The notes under the pieces were generated by a model that was not told where the DNA came from, did not search any database, and was given only the letters and a program-made list of their open reading frames with translations. The position numbers and the translations under genes were made by a program. A stretch of 64,000 nt of DNA. It comes from Acidobacteriota bacterium (lineage in GTDB: Bacteria > Acidobacteriota > Aminicenantia > Aminicenantales > Saccharicenantaceae). The stretch is taken from assembly GCA_014894455.1 (NCBI GenBank), contig JADBLN010000116.1:9393-73392 (forward strand). Direction: 5' to 3'. Below, in pieces: positions 44,430-55,041 of this stretch; position 1 is the stretch's first letter; the number at the start of each line of letters is the position of its first letter.

Positions 44430-44524
44430 GCTCAACCTTTCCTTCCGTCGGACGTCCTCTCGGACGTCTCGGCTTTGTCGCCTCGAACCCGGTCCTCGCG
44501 GACCTGACGTCGACTACGCGAAAA

Positions 44525-44597
44525 AGCCCAAGACCAGAATTGAACTGGTGACCCCGTCCTTACCAAGGACGTGCTCTACCAACTGAGCTACTTGGGC
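44525..44597 (-). tRNA. tRNA-Thr (anticodon GGT)
   Basis: Acceptor GCCCAAG/CTTGGGC, anticodon stem CGTCC/GGACG with loop TTGGTAA, T-loop TTCAATT. Confidence 0.9.
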
Positions 44598-44615
44598 CCG
44601 ACGACCTCGAAGAAG

Positions 44616-44689
<74 letters not shown>

Positions 44690-44693
44690 GAAG

Positions 44694-44776
44694 TGGGCAG
44701 GGAAGGATTCGAACCTCCGAAGCGTTTCCGCAACGGGTTTACAGCCCGTCCCATTTGGCCACTCTGGAACCTGCCC
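44694..44776 (-). tRNA. tRNA-Tyr (anticodon GTA), long variable arm
   Basis: Acceptor GGGCAGG/CCTGCCC, anticodon loop CTGTAAA, a class II variable arm, T-loop TTCGAAT. Confidence 0.9.
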
Positions 44777-44875
44777 AACTTAAGATGCATTTTCGTCGCC
44801 CTCAATCGGCCGGCCGGCGATCCCTCCTCTTCGGGGATATCCGCAGCCTGCAAACTCGCTCAATCCTCGATTCTA

Positions 44876-44948
44876 AGCCAGCGAAGGGACTCGAACCCCT
44901 GACCCGCTGATTACAAATCAGCCGCTCTACCTACTGAGCTACGCTGGC
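44876..44948 (-). tRNA. tRNA-Thr (anticodon TGT)
   Basis: Acceptor GCCAGCG/CGCTGGC, anticodon stem GCTGA/TCAGC with loop TTTGTAA, T-loop TTCGAGT. Confidence 0.9.
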
Positions 44949-45120
44949 GTGCCCTCAACCTGACTGTCCGAATACCTTACTATATGGGGGAAATACGGAA
45001 AAATAGATGAAAAAAGGAAAAAGCTTCTCTCCTCGAGCTCGAATGTGTTCTTTTTTTCAGAGATTTAATCTGAAATATACAGAACGACCACGGGTATCCT
45101 AGAGGAAATCGAAATTCTTG

Positions 45121-45624
45121 TCAAGGGGTTCTTTTTATCGGCCCCTTCAGGCCCCTGGCCCTCTCCAGGTTCTCCCCGATACTCCGAAGGAAATCCACTG
45201 TGAAAATAAGGTACCGGGCCTTCTGGATGGGGGTCAGGACCCCGTCGAGGACGTCCTCGACCGCGTCGTCTTTCTCCCGGATCGCCCGGCGGGCCTCCCG
45301 GATCCGGGCGACCAGGACGAGGATCCTCTCCTCCCCCGCCGGAGTCGCGGCCAGCTCCGCCCGAAGGTCCCGCAGATCCAGGCCCATCTGGCGCTGGATG
45401 ACGGCCTTTTCCTTCTCGACCCGGGTCAGGAAGGGATAGAGCTTGGCCGTCTGCTCCTCGGTGAGTTCGAGGGCGCGGGTCAGCCTGAGGAGATAAAGGT
45501 TGCTGATATTCTCCCTCAGCCTCATCCGGGCCTGCGGGTCACCCTGAAGGGCACCCTGGGCCGGAGCCCAGGTCCCCAGGGCCAGGACAAGAACGAGGAC
45601 GGCGGCGGGCGCGTATTTTTTCAT
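45121..45624 (-). CDS. Periplasmic LTxxQ-motif protein (Spy/CpxP/ZraP-like)
   Basis: It has a signal peptide (MKKYAPAAVLVLVLALGTWAPAQG), two LTxxQ motifs (LTEEQTAKL, LTPIQKARY) and an all-helical composition. Confidence 0.65.
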   Translation of the reverse strand: MKKYAPAAVLVLVLALGTWAPAQGALQGDPQARMRLRENISNLYLLRLTRALELTEEQTAKLYPFLTRVEKEKAVIQRQMGLDLRDLRAELAATPAGEERILVLVARIREARRAIREKDDAVEDVLDGVLTPIQKARYLIFTVDFLRSIGENLERARGLKGPIKRTP

Positions 45625-46226
45625 TTCGGACCTCCACGACCTGTTTCTCTCTCCAATTCCGAGGCGATGTACCGGAGTTCGTCCTCGCTCAAGCCCTCCC
45701 AGAAAAGAGGGTCATCGGCGGGGGGAACGGCGAGATCTTTTTCCGGGACCGGGGTCAGCTCCTCGATCGAAGCCAGGATTTCCCGGTTGACGAGGTTCCC
45801 GAACTCCGGGTTCGCTTCCGCCGCCTGGAGTAGCGGGGCCAGCGAATCCTCGTACGGAACCCAGGCCGTCTCCACGGTCCCGGCGGCGCGGCCGACCACG
45901 AAATATGTCCCGGCCGCGGCGATGGCCAGGAAACCGGCGGCCACCCAGGCCCATCTCCGGCGGGCGGAAAAGGGGACGCAGACGGTTCGGCGACCCGGCT
46001 CGATTCCCGCGAGCTTCGCCCTGAGCCTCTCCTCGAACCCGCTCCAGTATTCCGGAGAACGGTCCGCCGCCGATGCGGCGCCGGACTGAAGACGGACGAG
46101 GCCGGCCCGATAGGCCCGGCAACCGGGGCATCCCCGGAGATGGACCTCGAGACGGGCCTTCTTTGCCGGCGCAAGGGCCCCGTCGATGTCGTCCGAAAGC
46201 CGTTTTTTCGTCTTCTCACATCTCAT
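45621..46226 (-). CDS. Anti-sigma factor (zf-HC2 type), single-pass membrane
   Basis: It has the HLRGCPGCR zinc-finger motif near the N-terminus and a TM segment (WAWVAAGFLAIAAAGTYFVV). The start ATG 46226 overlaps the sigma gene stop (ATGA). Confidence 0.75.
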   Translation of the reverse strand: MRCEKTKKRLSDDIDGALAPAKKARLEVHLRGCPGCRAYRAGLVRLQSGAASAADRSPEYWSGFEERLRAKLAGIEPGRRTVCVPFSARRRWAWVAAGFLAIAAAGTYFVVGRAAGTVETAWVPYEDSLAPLLQAAEANPEFGNLVNREILASIEELTPVPEKDLAVPPADDPLFWEGLSEDELRYIASELERETGRGGPK

Positions 46227-46798
46227 GACCGGACCTCCCCGAGGTAGGGTTTGAGCCGGGCCTGGAGGAGCTTGCGGGTCTTGTGCATCCTCCAAGAGAC
46301 CGTGTTTTTCGAACAGCCGATGGCCCTGGCCGCTTCGGCGTGGCTCAGGCCCTGGCTCACGACCAAATGGAAAGAGGCCCGGAAATGTTCCGGCAGGGAC
46401 TCGATGGCCTCGTCCACCCGACCCTTGAGCTCGTTCAGGGCGGAGATCCCTTCAGGGGACGTGGAAGCGCCGCCGGCCGCGTCGGCGCCGGCCAGATTCT
46501 CGTCGAATTCCGCCCTGTCCTTCTCGCGGCTTCTCTTCCGCAGGAACGTCAACGAGGTATTGACGGCGATCCTGTAGAGCCAGGTGTAGAAACTCGAGCC
46601 CCGTCTGAACGAGGCGATCGACCTCCAAGCCGTCAAGAAAACCTCCTGGGCCAGGTCGTCGGCATCGGAATGATTCCCGGCCATCCGGAAGACGAGACCG
46701 TAGACCCTGCGCTCGTGGCGCCGGACGAGCTCGGCGAAGGCTTCCCGGCTGCCCCGCCGCGCGTCCTCCACGAGGTCGTCTTCCGGACGTTCATCCAT
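46223..46798 (-). CDS. ECF (group IV) RNA polymerase sigma factor
   Basis: Region 2 is FAELVRRHERRVYGLVFRMAGNHSDADDLAQEVFLTAW. Region 4 has an HTH (LSHAEAARAIGCSKNTVSWRMHKTRKLL). Confidence 0.9.
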   Translation of the reverse strand: MDERPEDDLVEDARRGSREAFAELVRRHERRVYGLVFRMAGNHSDADDLAQEVFLTAWRSIASFRRGSSFYTWLYRIAVNTSLTFLRKRSREKDRAEFDENLAGADAAGGASTSPEGISALNELKGRVDEAIESLPEHFRASFHLVVSQGLSHAEAARAIGCSKNTVSWRMHKTRKLLQARLKPYLGEVRS

Positions 46799-46858
46799 CG
46801 CGTTCTCACTCGATTAGACGGATATTATAGTAAATCCTTTGAGTCCGGGCCAGGTTCG

Positions 46859-46888
46859 TTGACAAGCCCTTCGTCCAACTGCTATGAT
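46859..46888 (+). promoter_or_regulatory. Candidate sigma70 promoter TTGACA-18-TATGAT for the pur operon
   Basis: Hexamers lie at 46859-46864 and 46883-46888, 30 nt before the purB ATG. Confidence 0.5.
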
Positions 46889-46918
46889 TTCCTTCTCCAC
46901 ACGAAAGGCTGAAGCGCC

Positions 46919-48220
46919 ATGATCGAACGCTACACCCGCCCCGGGATGGGGGCGATCTGGACCGAAGAGAACAGGTACCGCAAGTGGCTCGAGGTCGAAC
47001 TGGCCGTCTGCGACGCCTGGGCCGGGCTCGGTAAGATCCCCCGGCCCGCCCTCCGGGCCATCAAGGAAAAGGCCGGATTCTCCGTCGAGCGGATCGACGC
47101 CATCGAGCAGGTCGTCAAGCACGACATCGTCGCCTTCCTGACCTCGGTCGCCGAGAAGGTCGGGGCCGACTCCCGCTACATCCACCTCGGCCTGACCTCC
47201 TACGACGTCGTCGACACGGCCCTGTCCCTGCTCATCAAGGAGTCGCTGGAGACGGTCCTTGGCGACCTCCGCGCCTTCCGGCGGCTCTTGAAAAAACAGG
47301 CGCTCAAACACCGCAAGACCGTCTGCATCGGCCGGACGCACGGCATCCACGCCGAGCCCGTGACCTTCGGCTTCAAGCTCCTCGTCTGGTACGAGGAGGT
47401 CGGGCGCCACATCGGCCGCCTCGAAAACGCCCTGCGGACGATCTCCGTCGGACGGATCTCGGGTTCGGTGGGGACGTACATCCATCTCGACCCGAGGGTC
47501 GAGGTCATGGCCCTGAAGAAGCTCAAGCTCGAGCCGGCCAAGGTTTCGACCCAGGTCCTCCAGCGCGACCGCCACGCCGAAGTCCTCTCGGTCCTGGCCC
47601 TGCTCGCCTCCTCCATCGAAAAGTTCGCCGTCGAGATCCGCCACCTCCAGCGGACCGAAGTCCTCGAAGTCGAAGAGCCCTTCACCAAGGGGCAGAAGGG
47701 GTCTTCGTCCATGCCCCACAAGAAGAACCCCGTCCGCTCCGAAAGGATCTCGGGCCTGGCCCGCCTCGTCCGCGCCAACGCCCAGGTCGGCCTGGAGAAC
47801 ATCGCCCTCTGGCACGAGCGGGATATTTCCCACTCCTCGGCCGAGCGGATCGTTTTCCCGGATTCGTTCATCCTGACCGATTTCCTTCTGGCCGACGCCG
47901 CCGACATCATCGGGAACTGGGTCGTCCATCCCGACCGCATGAAGGCCAACGTCGGCGCGACGCGGGGCCTCATCTTCTCCCAGAGCGTCCTCCTGGCCCT
48001 GACCAAGAAGGGCCTGACCCGCGAGGAGGCCTACCAGGTCGTCCAGAGTAGCAGCCTCAAGGCCTGGAAGGACGGCCTCGATTTCCGCGAGCTCGTCGCC
48101 GCCGACCCCGACGTCACGCGCGTCCTCGGGCCGAAGGACATCGAGCGCTGCTTCTCCCTGGCCCCTTACCTCGACAAGATCGACTACATTTTCGAAAGGG
48201 TCTTCCGCGATGAAAGTTAG
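46919..48220 (+). CDS. purB: Adenylosuccinate lyase
   Basis: It begins MIERYTRPGMGAIWTEENRYRKWLEVELAV and has the signature GSSSMPHKKNP. Confidence 0.95.
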   Translation: MIERYTRPGMGAIWTEENRYRKWLEVELAVCDAWAGLGKIPRPALRAIKEKAGFSVERIDAIEQVVKHDIVAFLTSVAEKVGADSRYIHLGLTSYDVVDTALSLLIKESLETVLGDLRAFRRLLKKQALKHRKTVCIGRTHGIHAEPVTFGFKLLVWYEEVGRHIGRLENALRTISVGRISGSVGTYIHLDPRVEVMALKKLKLEPAKVSTQVLQRDRHAEVLSVLALLASSIEKFAVEIRHLQRTEVLEVEEPFTKGQKGSSSMPHKKNPVRSERISGLARLVRANAQVGLENIALWHERDISHSSAERIVFPDSFILTDFLLADAADIIGNWVVHPDRMKANVGATRGLIFSQSVLLALTKKGLTREEAYQVVQSSSLKAWKDGLDFRELVAADPDVTRVLGPKDIERCFSLAPYLDKIDYIFERVFRDES

Positions 48221-48458
48221 AATCCTCGTGTCATTCAAGGACAGCGTCCTCGACCCGCAGGGGCAGACCGTGAAGAACGCGCTTCACACCCTGGGCTACG
48301 CCGCCGTCAAGGACGTCCGTCAGGGCAAGGTCTTCGAGCTCGAGCTCGAAGGGGCGACGAAGAAAGAGGCCGAGGCCCTCGTCCCCGAGATCGCCCGACG
48401 GGTCCTGGCCAACCCCATCATCGAGAAGTTCGACTGGCAGATCATCAAGGGCCGGTAA
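48210..48458 (+). CDS. purS: Phosphoribosylformylglycinamidine synthase subunit PurS
   Basis: It is 82 aa, contains [18 protein letters not shown] and lies before purQ. Confidence 0.9.
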   Translation: MKVRILVSFKDSVLDPQGQTVKNALHTLGYAAVKDVRQGKVFELELEGATKKEAEALVPEIARRVLANPIIEKFDWQIIKGR

Positions 48459-48469
48459 GGGCCGCCGTC

Positions 48470-49202
48470 ATGAAATTCGGAGTCGTCCAATTCCCCGGTT
48501 CCAACTGTGACTTCGACACGTTCCACGTTCTGCGGAACGTCATGAAGCGGGAAACGGCCCTGCTCTGGCACAAGGACCACGACCTCCAGGGCGTCGACTG
48601 CGTCGTCCTGCCGGGAGGTTTCTCCTACGGCGACTACCTCCGCTCGGGGGCCATCGCCCGCTTCTCCCCTCTCATGCAGGAAGTCAAGGCCTTCGCCCGC
48701 GCCGGCGGCCACGTCCTGGGCATCTGCAACGGTTTCCAGATCCTCCTCGAGCTCGGCCTCCTGCCCGGGGCCATGATCCGGAACAAGAACCTCAAGTTCC
48801 TCTGCCAGCACGTCCACATCCGGATCGAGAACGAGAAGACGGACTTCACCCGGGCCGGCCGCAAGGGCCAGGTCCTCCGCATCCCCATCGCCCACTTCGA
48901 CGGCAACTACTACGCCGCGGCCCGCGTCCTGAAGGACATCGAGAGACACCGGCAAGTCGTCTTCCGCTACTGCGACGCCGAGGGGAACATCACCGAGGAG
49001 GCCAACGTCAACGGCTCCCTCGGGAATATCGCCGGCATTCGGAACCGGGAAGGCAACGTCCTCGGCCTGATGCCCCACCCGGAGCGGGCCTCGGAGGCCC
49101 TCCTCGGGAGCAAGGACGGCCGGACGATCTTCGCCTCCCTCATCCTCAGCCTCGAACGGCGGAAACCGGCCCGCCGCCCCGTCCTCCGGGAAAGGGCCCG
49201 CC

Positions 49203-49210
<8 letters not shown>
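48470..49210 (+). CDS. purQ: Phosphoribosylformylglycinamidine synthase, glutaminase subunit PurQ
   Basis: It has a GATase1 fold ([25 protein letters not shown]). Confidence 0.95.
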
Positions 49211-51413
<2,203 letters not shown>

Positions 51414-51422
51414 GGGAGGATC

Positions 51423-52070
51423 ATGAACGACGTCGTCTTCCGGAGTCAACGGAAAAGGGGCCGCATCGCCGTCTTCCTGTCCGGCCGCGGCTCGAACTTC
51501 ATGGCCATCCGCGAGGCCGTCGGAAAGGGCGCGATCGACGCGGACATCGGCCTCGTCTTCAGCAATAAAGAGGATGCCCCGGGCCTCGTCAAGGCCCGCG
51601 AATGGGGCCTTGAGGCCCTCTCTCTCAACCCCAAGCTCTTTGCCGCCCGGGAGGACTACGACCGGGCCATCATCCGGGAGCTCGAACAGAGGCGGATCGA
51701 CCTCATCTGCCTGGCCGGCTACATGAAAGTCCTCACGCCGGAGCTCTGCGACGCCTTCCGACACAGGCTGATCAACGTCCACCCCGCCCTCCTGCCGTCA
51801 TTCCCGGGCCTCCACGTCCAGCAGAAAGCCATCGACTGGGGCGTCCGCTTCTCGGGCTGCACGGTCCACTTCGTGGCCGCCGAGGTCGACATGGGCCCCA
51901 TCATCCTCCAGGCCGTCGTCCCCGTCCTCCAGGACGACACGGAGGAAACCCTGGCCGCCCGCATCCTCGTCGAAGAACACCGGATCTATCCGGAAGCCGT
52001 CCGACTCTACTTCGAGGGCCGCATCGAGGTCAGGGGACGGCGCGTCTTCGTCCTCGAGCCCGGGGCCTGA
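51423..52070 (+). CDS. purN: Phosphoribosylglycinamide formyltransferase
   Basis: It contains IAVFLSGRGSNFMAI and NVHPALLPSFPGLH. Confidence 0.93.
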   Translation: MNDVVFRSQRKRGRIAVFLSGRGSNFMAIREAVGKGAIDADIGLVFSNKEDAPGLVKAREWGLEALSLNPKLFAAREDYDRAIIRELEQRRIDLICLAGYMKVLTPELCDAFRHRLINVHPALLPSFPGLHVQQKAIDWGVRFSGCTVHFVAAEVDMGPIILQAVVPVLQDDTEETLAARILVEEHRIYPEAVRLYFEGRIEVRGRRVFVLEPGA

Positions 52071-52088
52071 GCCCGGCTCCATCGCGCG

Positions 52089-53324
52089 ATGTCCGGCAAG
52101 AAGATGGTCTTCAAGAAAAAACTCAAGCGGACCGGCCTGGCCGTCGCGCTCGTCATCGTCTTTGCCGCGACTTGGGTGGTCCTCGACCGTACGGAACATC
52201 GTCCCGGCTGGCTCACCGTCGAAGCGCCGGCGGCCGCGGTCGTCGGGCAGCCGCTCGAAATCAAGGTCACCCTGAAAAAATCCGTCAAGGGACGAGCCTT
52301 TGGCTCGCCACTCGCCCGTGGCCTATATCCACGGGCGAGTACTGCGGAAGTGGACCCCCCGGGCAAGCCCGCCCTCATCGCTTCGCGCATGAGGACTGCA
52401 AAGCCCGGGACCCCGGCCGCTGTCGAAGCAACCCAAATCGTCTGCACACTTCATAGAGCGGGAGCCGACCGGAAGATCCGGGGGTACCTCGCCTCCTCCG
52501 GACCGACGCGCGAGGCGGCCGGGGGGGGAACCTTCTCGTTCATCTTCAAGGTCCCGGAACGGGAGGACATGGCCTTCGCTTCCGCCATCATCTTCCTGAG
52601 TCCGACGGGCGAATGGCAGGACGGGACGCGGGCCGTCAGCACGAAGCTGATGCCGGTCAAGAGGGATGGCACGGCCGCACAAAACCTGGGACTCGAAAAA
52701 ACCCGGGTCTATCATTATTCGACCGCCGCAGAGTCCGCGGCAGCGAAGGCGGCCGAGCGGGGCCCGCGGCGCGGTTCCTCGCCGTGGGCCCATCCCATCA
52801 TTTTCGTCATCCTCATCTCTTCGGCAGCCCTCTGCCGGGCGAAGGCCGGCCGCAAGAGGCCGGATGTGTCCCCGGGAGAGACGAGGGAGCGGACGATCTG
52901 GCTGGCGTTCGCGGCCGTCTTCGTCTTCAGCGCCTTCCTCGAGCTCTCCGGCGTCGTCGGGCACCTGGCCGCGTGGGGCCGCCGGCTGGCCGAGGAGGGA
53001 AACCTCTACGATCTCCGCAAGCCTTACCAGAAAGCGGCCATGGCCACCGTGGCCGCCGCGGCGCTGGGGCTTTTCTTGCTCTTTCTCCGAGCGATGAGGA
53101 AGCCGGGTTCCCACCGCTTCGTATGGGGAGTCGGGATCGGCCTCGCCGCCTACCTCTCGGTATCCTTCGTCAGCGTGCTCTCCTTCCACGCCATCGACGT
53201 GGTCGGGGGCATGACCTGGCATGGGGTCTCTCCCGTGGATACGGCCAGGGGCATGGGCGCGCTGATCTCGCTCATCTCGGCCGTCGCAGCGCAGAGGTCG
53301 AGAAAGGGAACTCCGGGCGGATAA
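52089..53324 (+). CDS. Hypothetical multi-pass membrane protein
   Basis: It has an N-terminal TM segment (LAVALVIVFAATWVVL), a ~200-aa non-membrane segment and then 4-5 predicted TM helices. I recognise no family. Codon usage is partly atypical (see findings). Confidence 0.5.
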   Translation: MSGKKMVFKKKLKRTGLAVALVIVFAATWVVLDRTEHRPGWLTVEAPAAAVVGQPLEIKVTLKKSVKGRAFGSPLARGLYPRASTAEVDPPGKPALIASRMRTAKPGTPAAVEATQIVCTLHRAGADRKIRGYLASSGPTREAAGGGTFSFIFKVPEREDMAFASAIIFLSPTGEWQDGTRAVSTKLMPVKRDGTAAQNLGLEKTRVYHYSTAAESAAAKAAERGPRRGSSPWAHPIIFVILISSAALCRAKAGRKRPDVSPGETRERTIWLAFAAVFVFSAFLELSGVVGHLAAWGRRLAEEGNLYDLRKPYQKAAMATVAAAALGLFLLFLRAMRKPGSHRFVWGVGIGLAAYLSVSFVSVLSFHAIDVVGGMTWHGVSPVDTARGMGALISLISAVAAQRSRKGTPGG

Positions 53325-53342
53325 ACCCGCCCTTCGTTCCGC

Positions 53343-54842
53343 CTACTGGATTATTTTTGGCGGAGCCATCTTGGGCGGACGGCCGAAGACCCTGGCGTAG
53401 ATCTCCGGGTAGGCGTCTTTCCCGCCGAGCATGAGGCAAGTGAGCGGCAGGACTTTCTTGGCCAGACGGGACATCTCGGCCGCCGCGCGTCGGATCTCCC
53501 ATTGGGCGGTGGCGTCCTGGCGAAGCCGGGAGATGTGGTAGAGCTCGCGGACGTTGACCTTGAGCAGGGCCCGGCGCCGGTGGGCGTTGGTCAGGACATA
53601 GTCGGCCGCCGGCCCGATCTCTTTTTCGAGCACAGCGTGGGCCTCGTTCGTCCGGTCGATGATGGCTCGGAATTCTTTCTCGGCGCCGATCTCCAGGACC
53701 GAGGGCGGCACGGTCACGCCCAGTCCGGGGTCGTAGCGCTGCCAGGTCAGCGTCGCCATCCGGTGCCTTTTGAGCTGGGCGAAACACGAGGCGGAGACGA
53801 CGAGATCGTAGACGAGGTCGGCGTGCTCGAATTCGCGCGGCGGAAAATCGTAGAATTCCATCCGCTTGAAAGCCCGGCGGACGATGTCCTTCCGGTCGGC
53901 CGGGCCGGCCTTCTTGGCCCGGTCCAGGCATTCCTTATAAGAGAGGCGCGTGACGGTGTGGAGAAGGGCGGCGATGACGCTTGCGTCCCCGTCGGCCGCA
54001 AAGCCGGCCAGAACGACTTCTTTGGCCTCGCCTCCCCGCCGTTTCCCTCGGTGCGCCGGCGGCGCGAACCCGTCCGCGGCGGCCACGTCGGCATAGGTCT
54101 TCGCGTCGAATTCGCTCGGGTCGGTGAACAGGATGATGGACGGGGCGGCGCCCTTGGCCAGGGCAAGGATCTTGGCGTTGAACGCCCGGAGCTCCTCGAG
54201 GCCCTTGGCCGCGAAACGACGGACGAGGAGCTCGAGGTTGCGGGCGTTCAGGGTCAGGCCGAGCTGGCCTTCCGTAGCCAGGCTGACGATGTAGCGAGCG
54301 TCTTCCTTGGCCCAGCCGTCGAGGACGGAGTGGTTTTTCGGGTTGGCTGCGGCATCCGCGTATTTCTCGAAGACGAACGGCTTGAGGCGTTCGTAGAGCC
54401 GGTGATAGAGGGCGTTCTGGGCCTTGACCGTCCCGACGAAGAGGTCCTCCTTCCCCGCCCGGCGCACCTCTTCGGGGATGACGAAGTCCGCGCCGAGGGT
54501 GATGTATCTCTGCGACTTCTCCGTAAACGAGCAGAGCCGGAAGCGCTCGATCTCCTCGATGGCCAGCCGGCTCACGCCGATGACGTCGAAATTGAAGACG
54601 GCGTGCTCGGCGACCGAGTGGTGACCCATCTTGAAGATGATGGACTGGTTGGAGCGCCGGGCCCGCTCGACCTCGGTCCGGGCCGCGGCCCTGAGCTCGT
54701 CGGCCGGGCGCGGGTCGCGCGAGATCCGAGCATACGCCGCGGCCAAGGTCTCGGGCGTAACGTCCTCGCGGGGCGGCGAGTTCTTCTTGAGCTCGTCGAG
54801 GACGGCGCTGTCGACGTTGTATCCGGCCAGGACGACTTTCAT
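53343..54842 (-). CDS. thyX: FAD-dependent thymidylate synthase, double-length (two ThyX-like halves)
   Basis: The first half has HHSVAEH...ERFRLCSFTEKSQRY. The second half has KRHRMATLTWQRY...ELYHISRLRQDATAQWEIR. It is 499 aa. Confidence 0.8.
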   Translation of the reverse strand: MKVVLAGYNVDSAVLDELKKNSPPREDVTPETLAAAYARISRDPRPADELRAAARTEVERARRSNQSIIFKMGHHSVAEHAVFNFDVIGVSRLAIEEIERFRLCSFTEKSQRYITLGADFVIPEEVRRAGKEDLFVGTVKAQNALYHRLYERLKPFVFEKYADAAANPKNHSVLDGWAKEDARYIVSLATEGQLGLTLNARNLELLVRRFAAKGLEELRAFNAKILALAKGAAPSIILFTDPSEFDAKTYADVAAADGFAPPAHRGKRRGGEAKEVVLAGFAADGDASVIAALLHTVTRLSYKECLDRAKKAGPADRKDIVRRAFKRMEFYDFPPREFEHADLVYDLVVSASCFAQLKRHRMATLTWQRYDPGLGVTVPPSVLEIGAEKEFRAIIDRTNEAHAVLEKEIGPAADYVLTNAHRRRALLKVNVRELYHISRLRQDATAQWEIRRAAAEMSRLAKKVLPLTCLMLGGKDAYPEIYARVFGRPPKMAPPKIIQ

Positions 54843-54851
54843 CGTTCCTCT

Positions 54852-54880
54852 ACCTTAGAAGGCGTTGAAGGAATTGTCAA
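54852..54880 (-). promoter_or_regulatory. Candidate sigma70 promoter TTGACA-17-TAAGGT for thyX
   Basis: On the minus strand the -35 lies at 54880-54875 and the -10 at 54857-54852. The -10 ends 9 nt before ATG 54842. Confidence 0.5.
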
Positions 54881-54983
54881 ATCGGGCCTCGGGAACGCCA
54901 CCCGTTTTTGGCCATGATGGGGACCACCCATATCCCCCGGCCCCCGGGAACCAGTCCCGGCGGTCGGTCAGGGAATCTTAGAA

Positions 54984-55022
54984 AGAAGGGGGACATGTAC
55001 TTTGGGTACGTGTCCCCCTTCT
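54984..55022. repeat. Long hairpin AGAAGGGGGACATGTAC-TTTGG-GTACGTGTCCCCCTTCT
   Basis: The arms are 17 nt with a single T/G (wobble) position and a 5-nt loop. It lies in the thyX/polX divergent intergenic region. Confidence 0.85.
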
Positions 55023-55041
55023 TGTCGACAAGGAAGAATCT

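Noticed and set aside
44480-44500. A T-loop-like GGTTCGAG motif on the minus strand in the tRNA-Thr(GGT)/rpmG spacer, suggesting a tRNA remnant.
   Set aside because: The flanking bases do not form a T-stem, and no acceptor or anticodon arms can be paired. The motif alone is too short to call a tRNA remnant.
44777-44875. An unusually long 99-nt spacer between tRNA-Thr(TGT) and tRNA-Tyr. I checked it for a degenerate tRNA, a small ORF or a structured RNA.
   Set aside because: No cloverleaf can be drawn. I found only imperfect short stems (GGATATCC, CCGGCCGG) and no ORF with a start and SD. I have no evidence beyond its length.
45021-45040. A cluster of 6-cutter palindromes, AAGCTT, CTCGAG and GAGCTC, within 20 nt, resembling a cloning polylinker.
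   Set aside because: CTCGAG and GAGCTC are very common throughout this genome (Leu-Glu/Glu-Leu codon pairs). There is no vector-like sequence around the cluster, so it is most likely chance.
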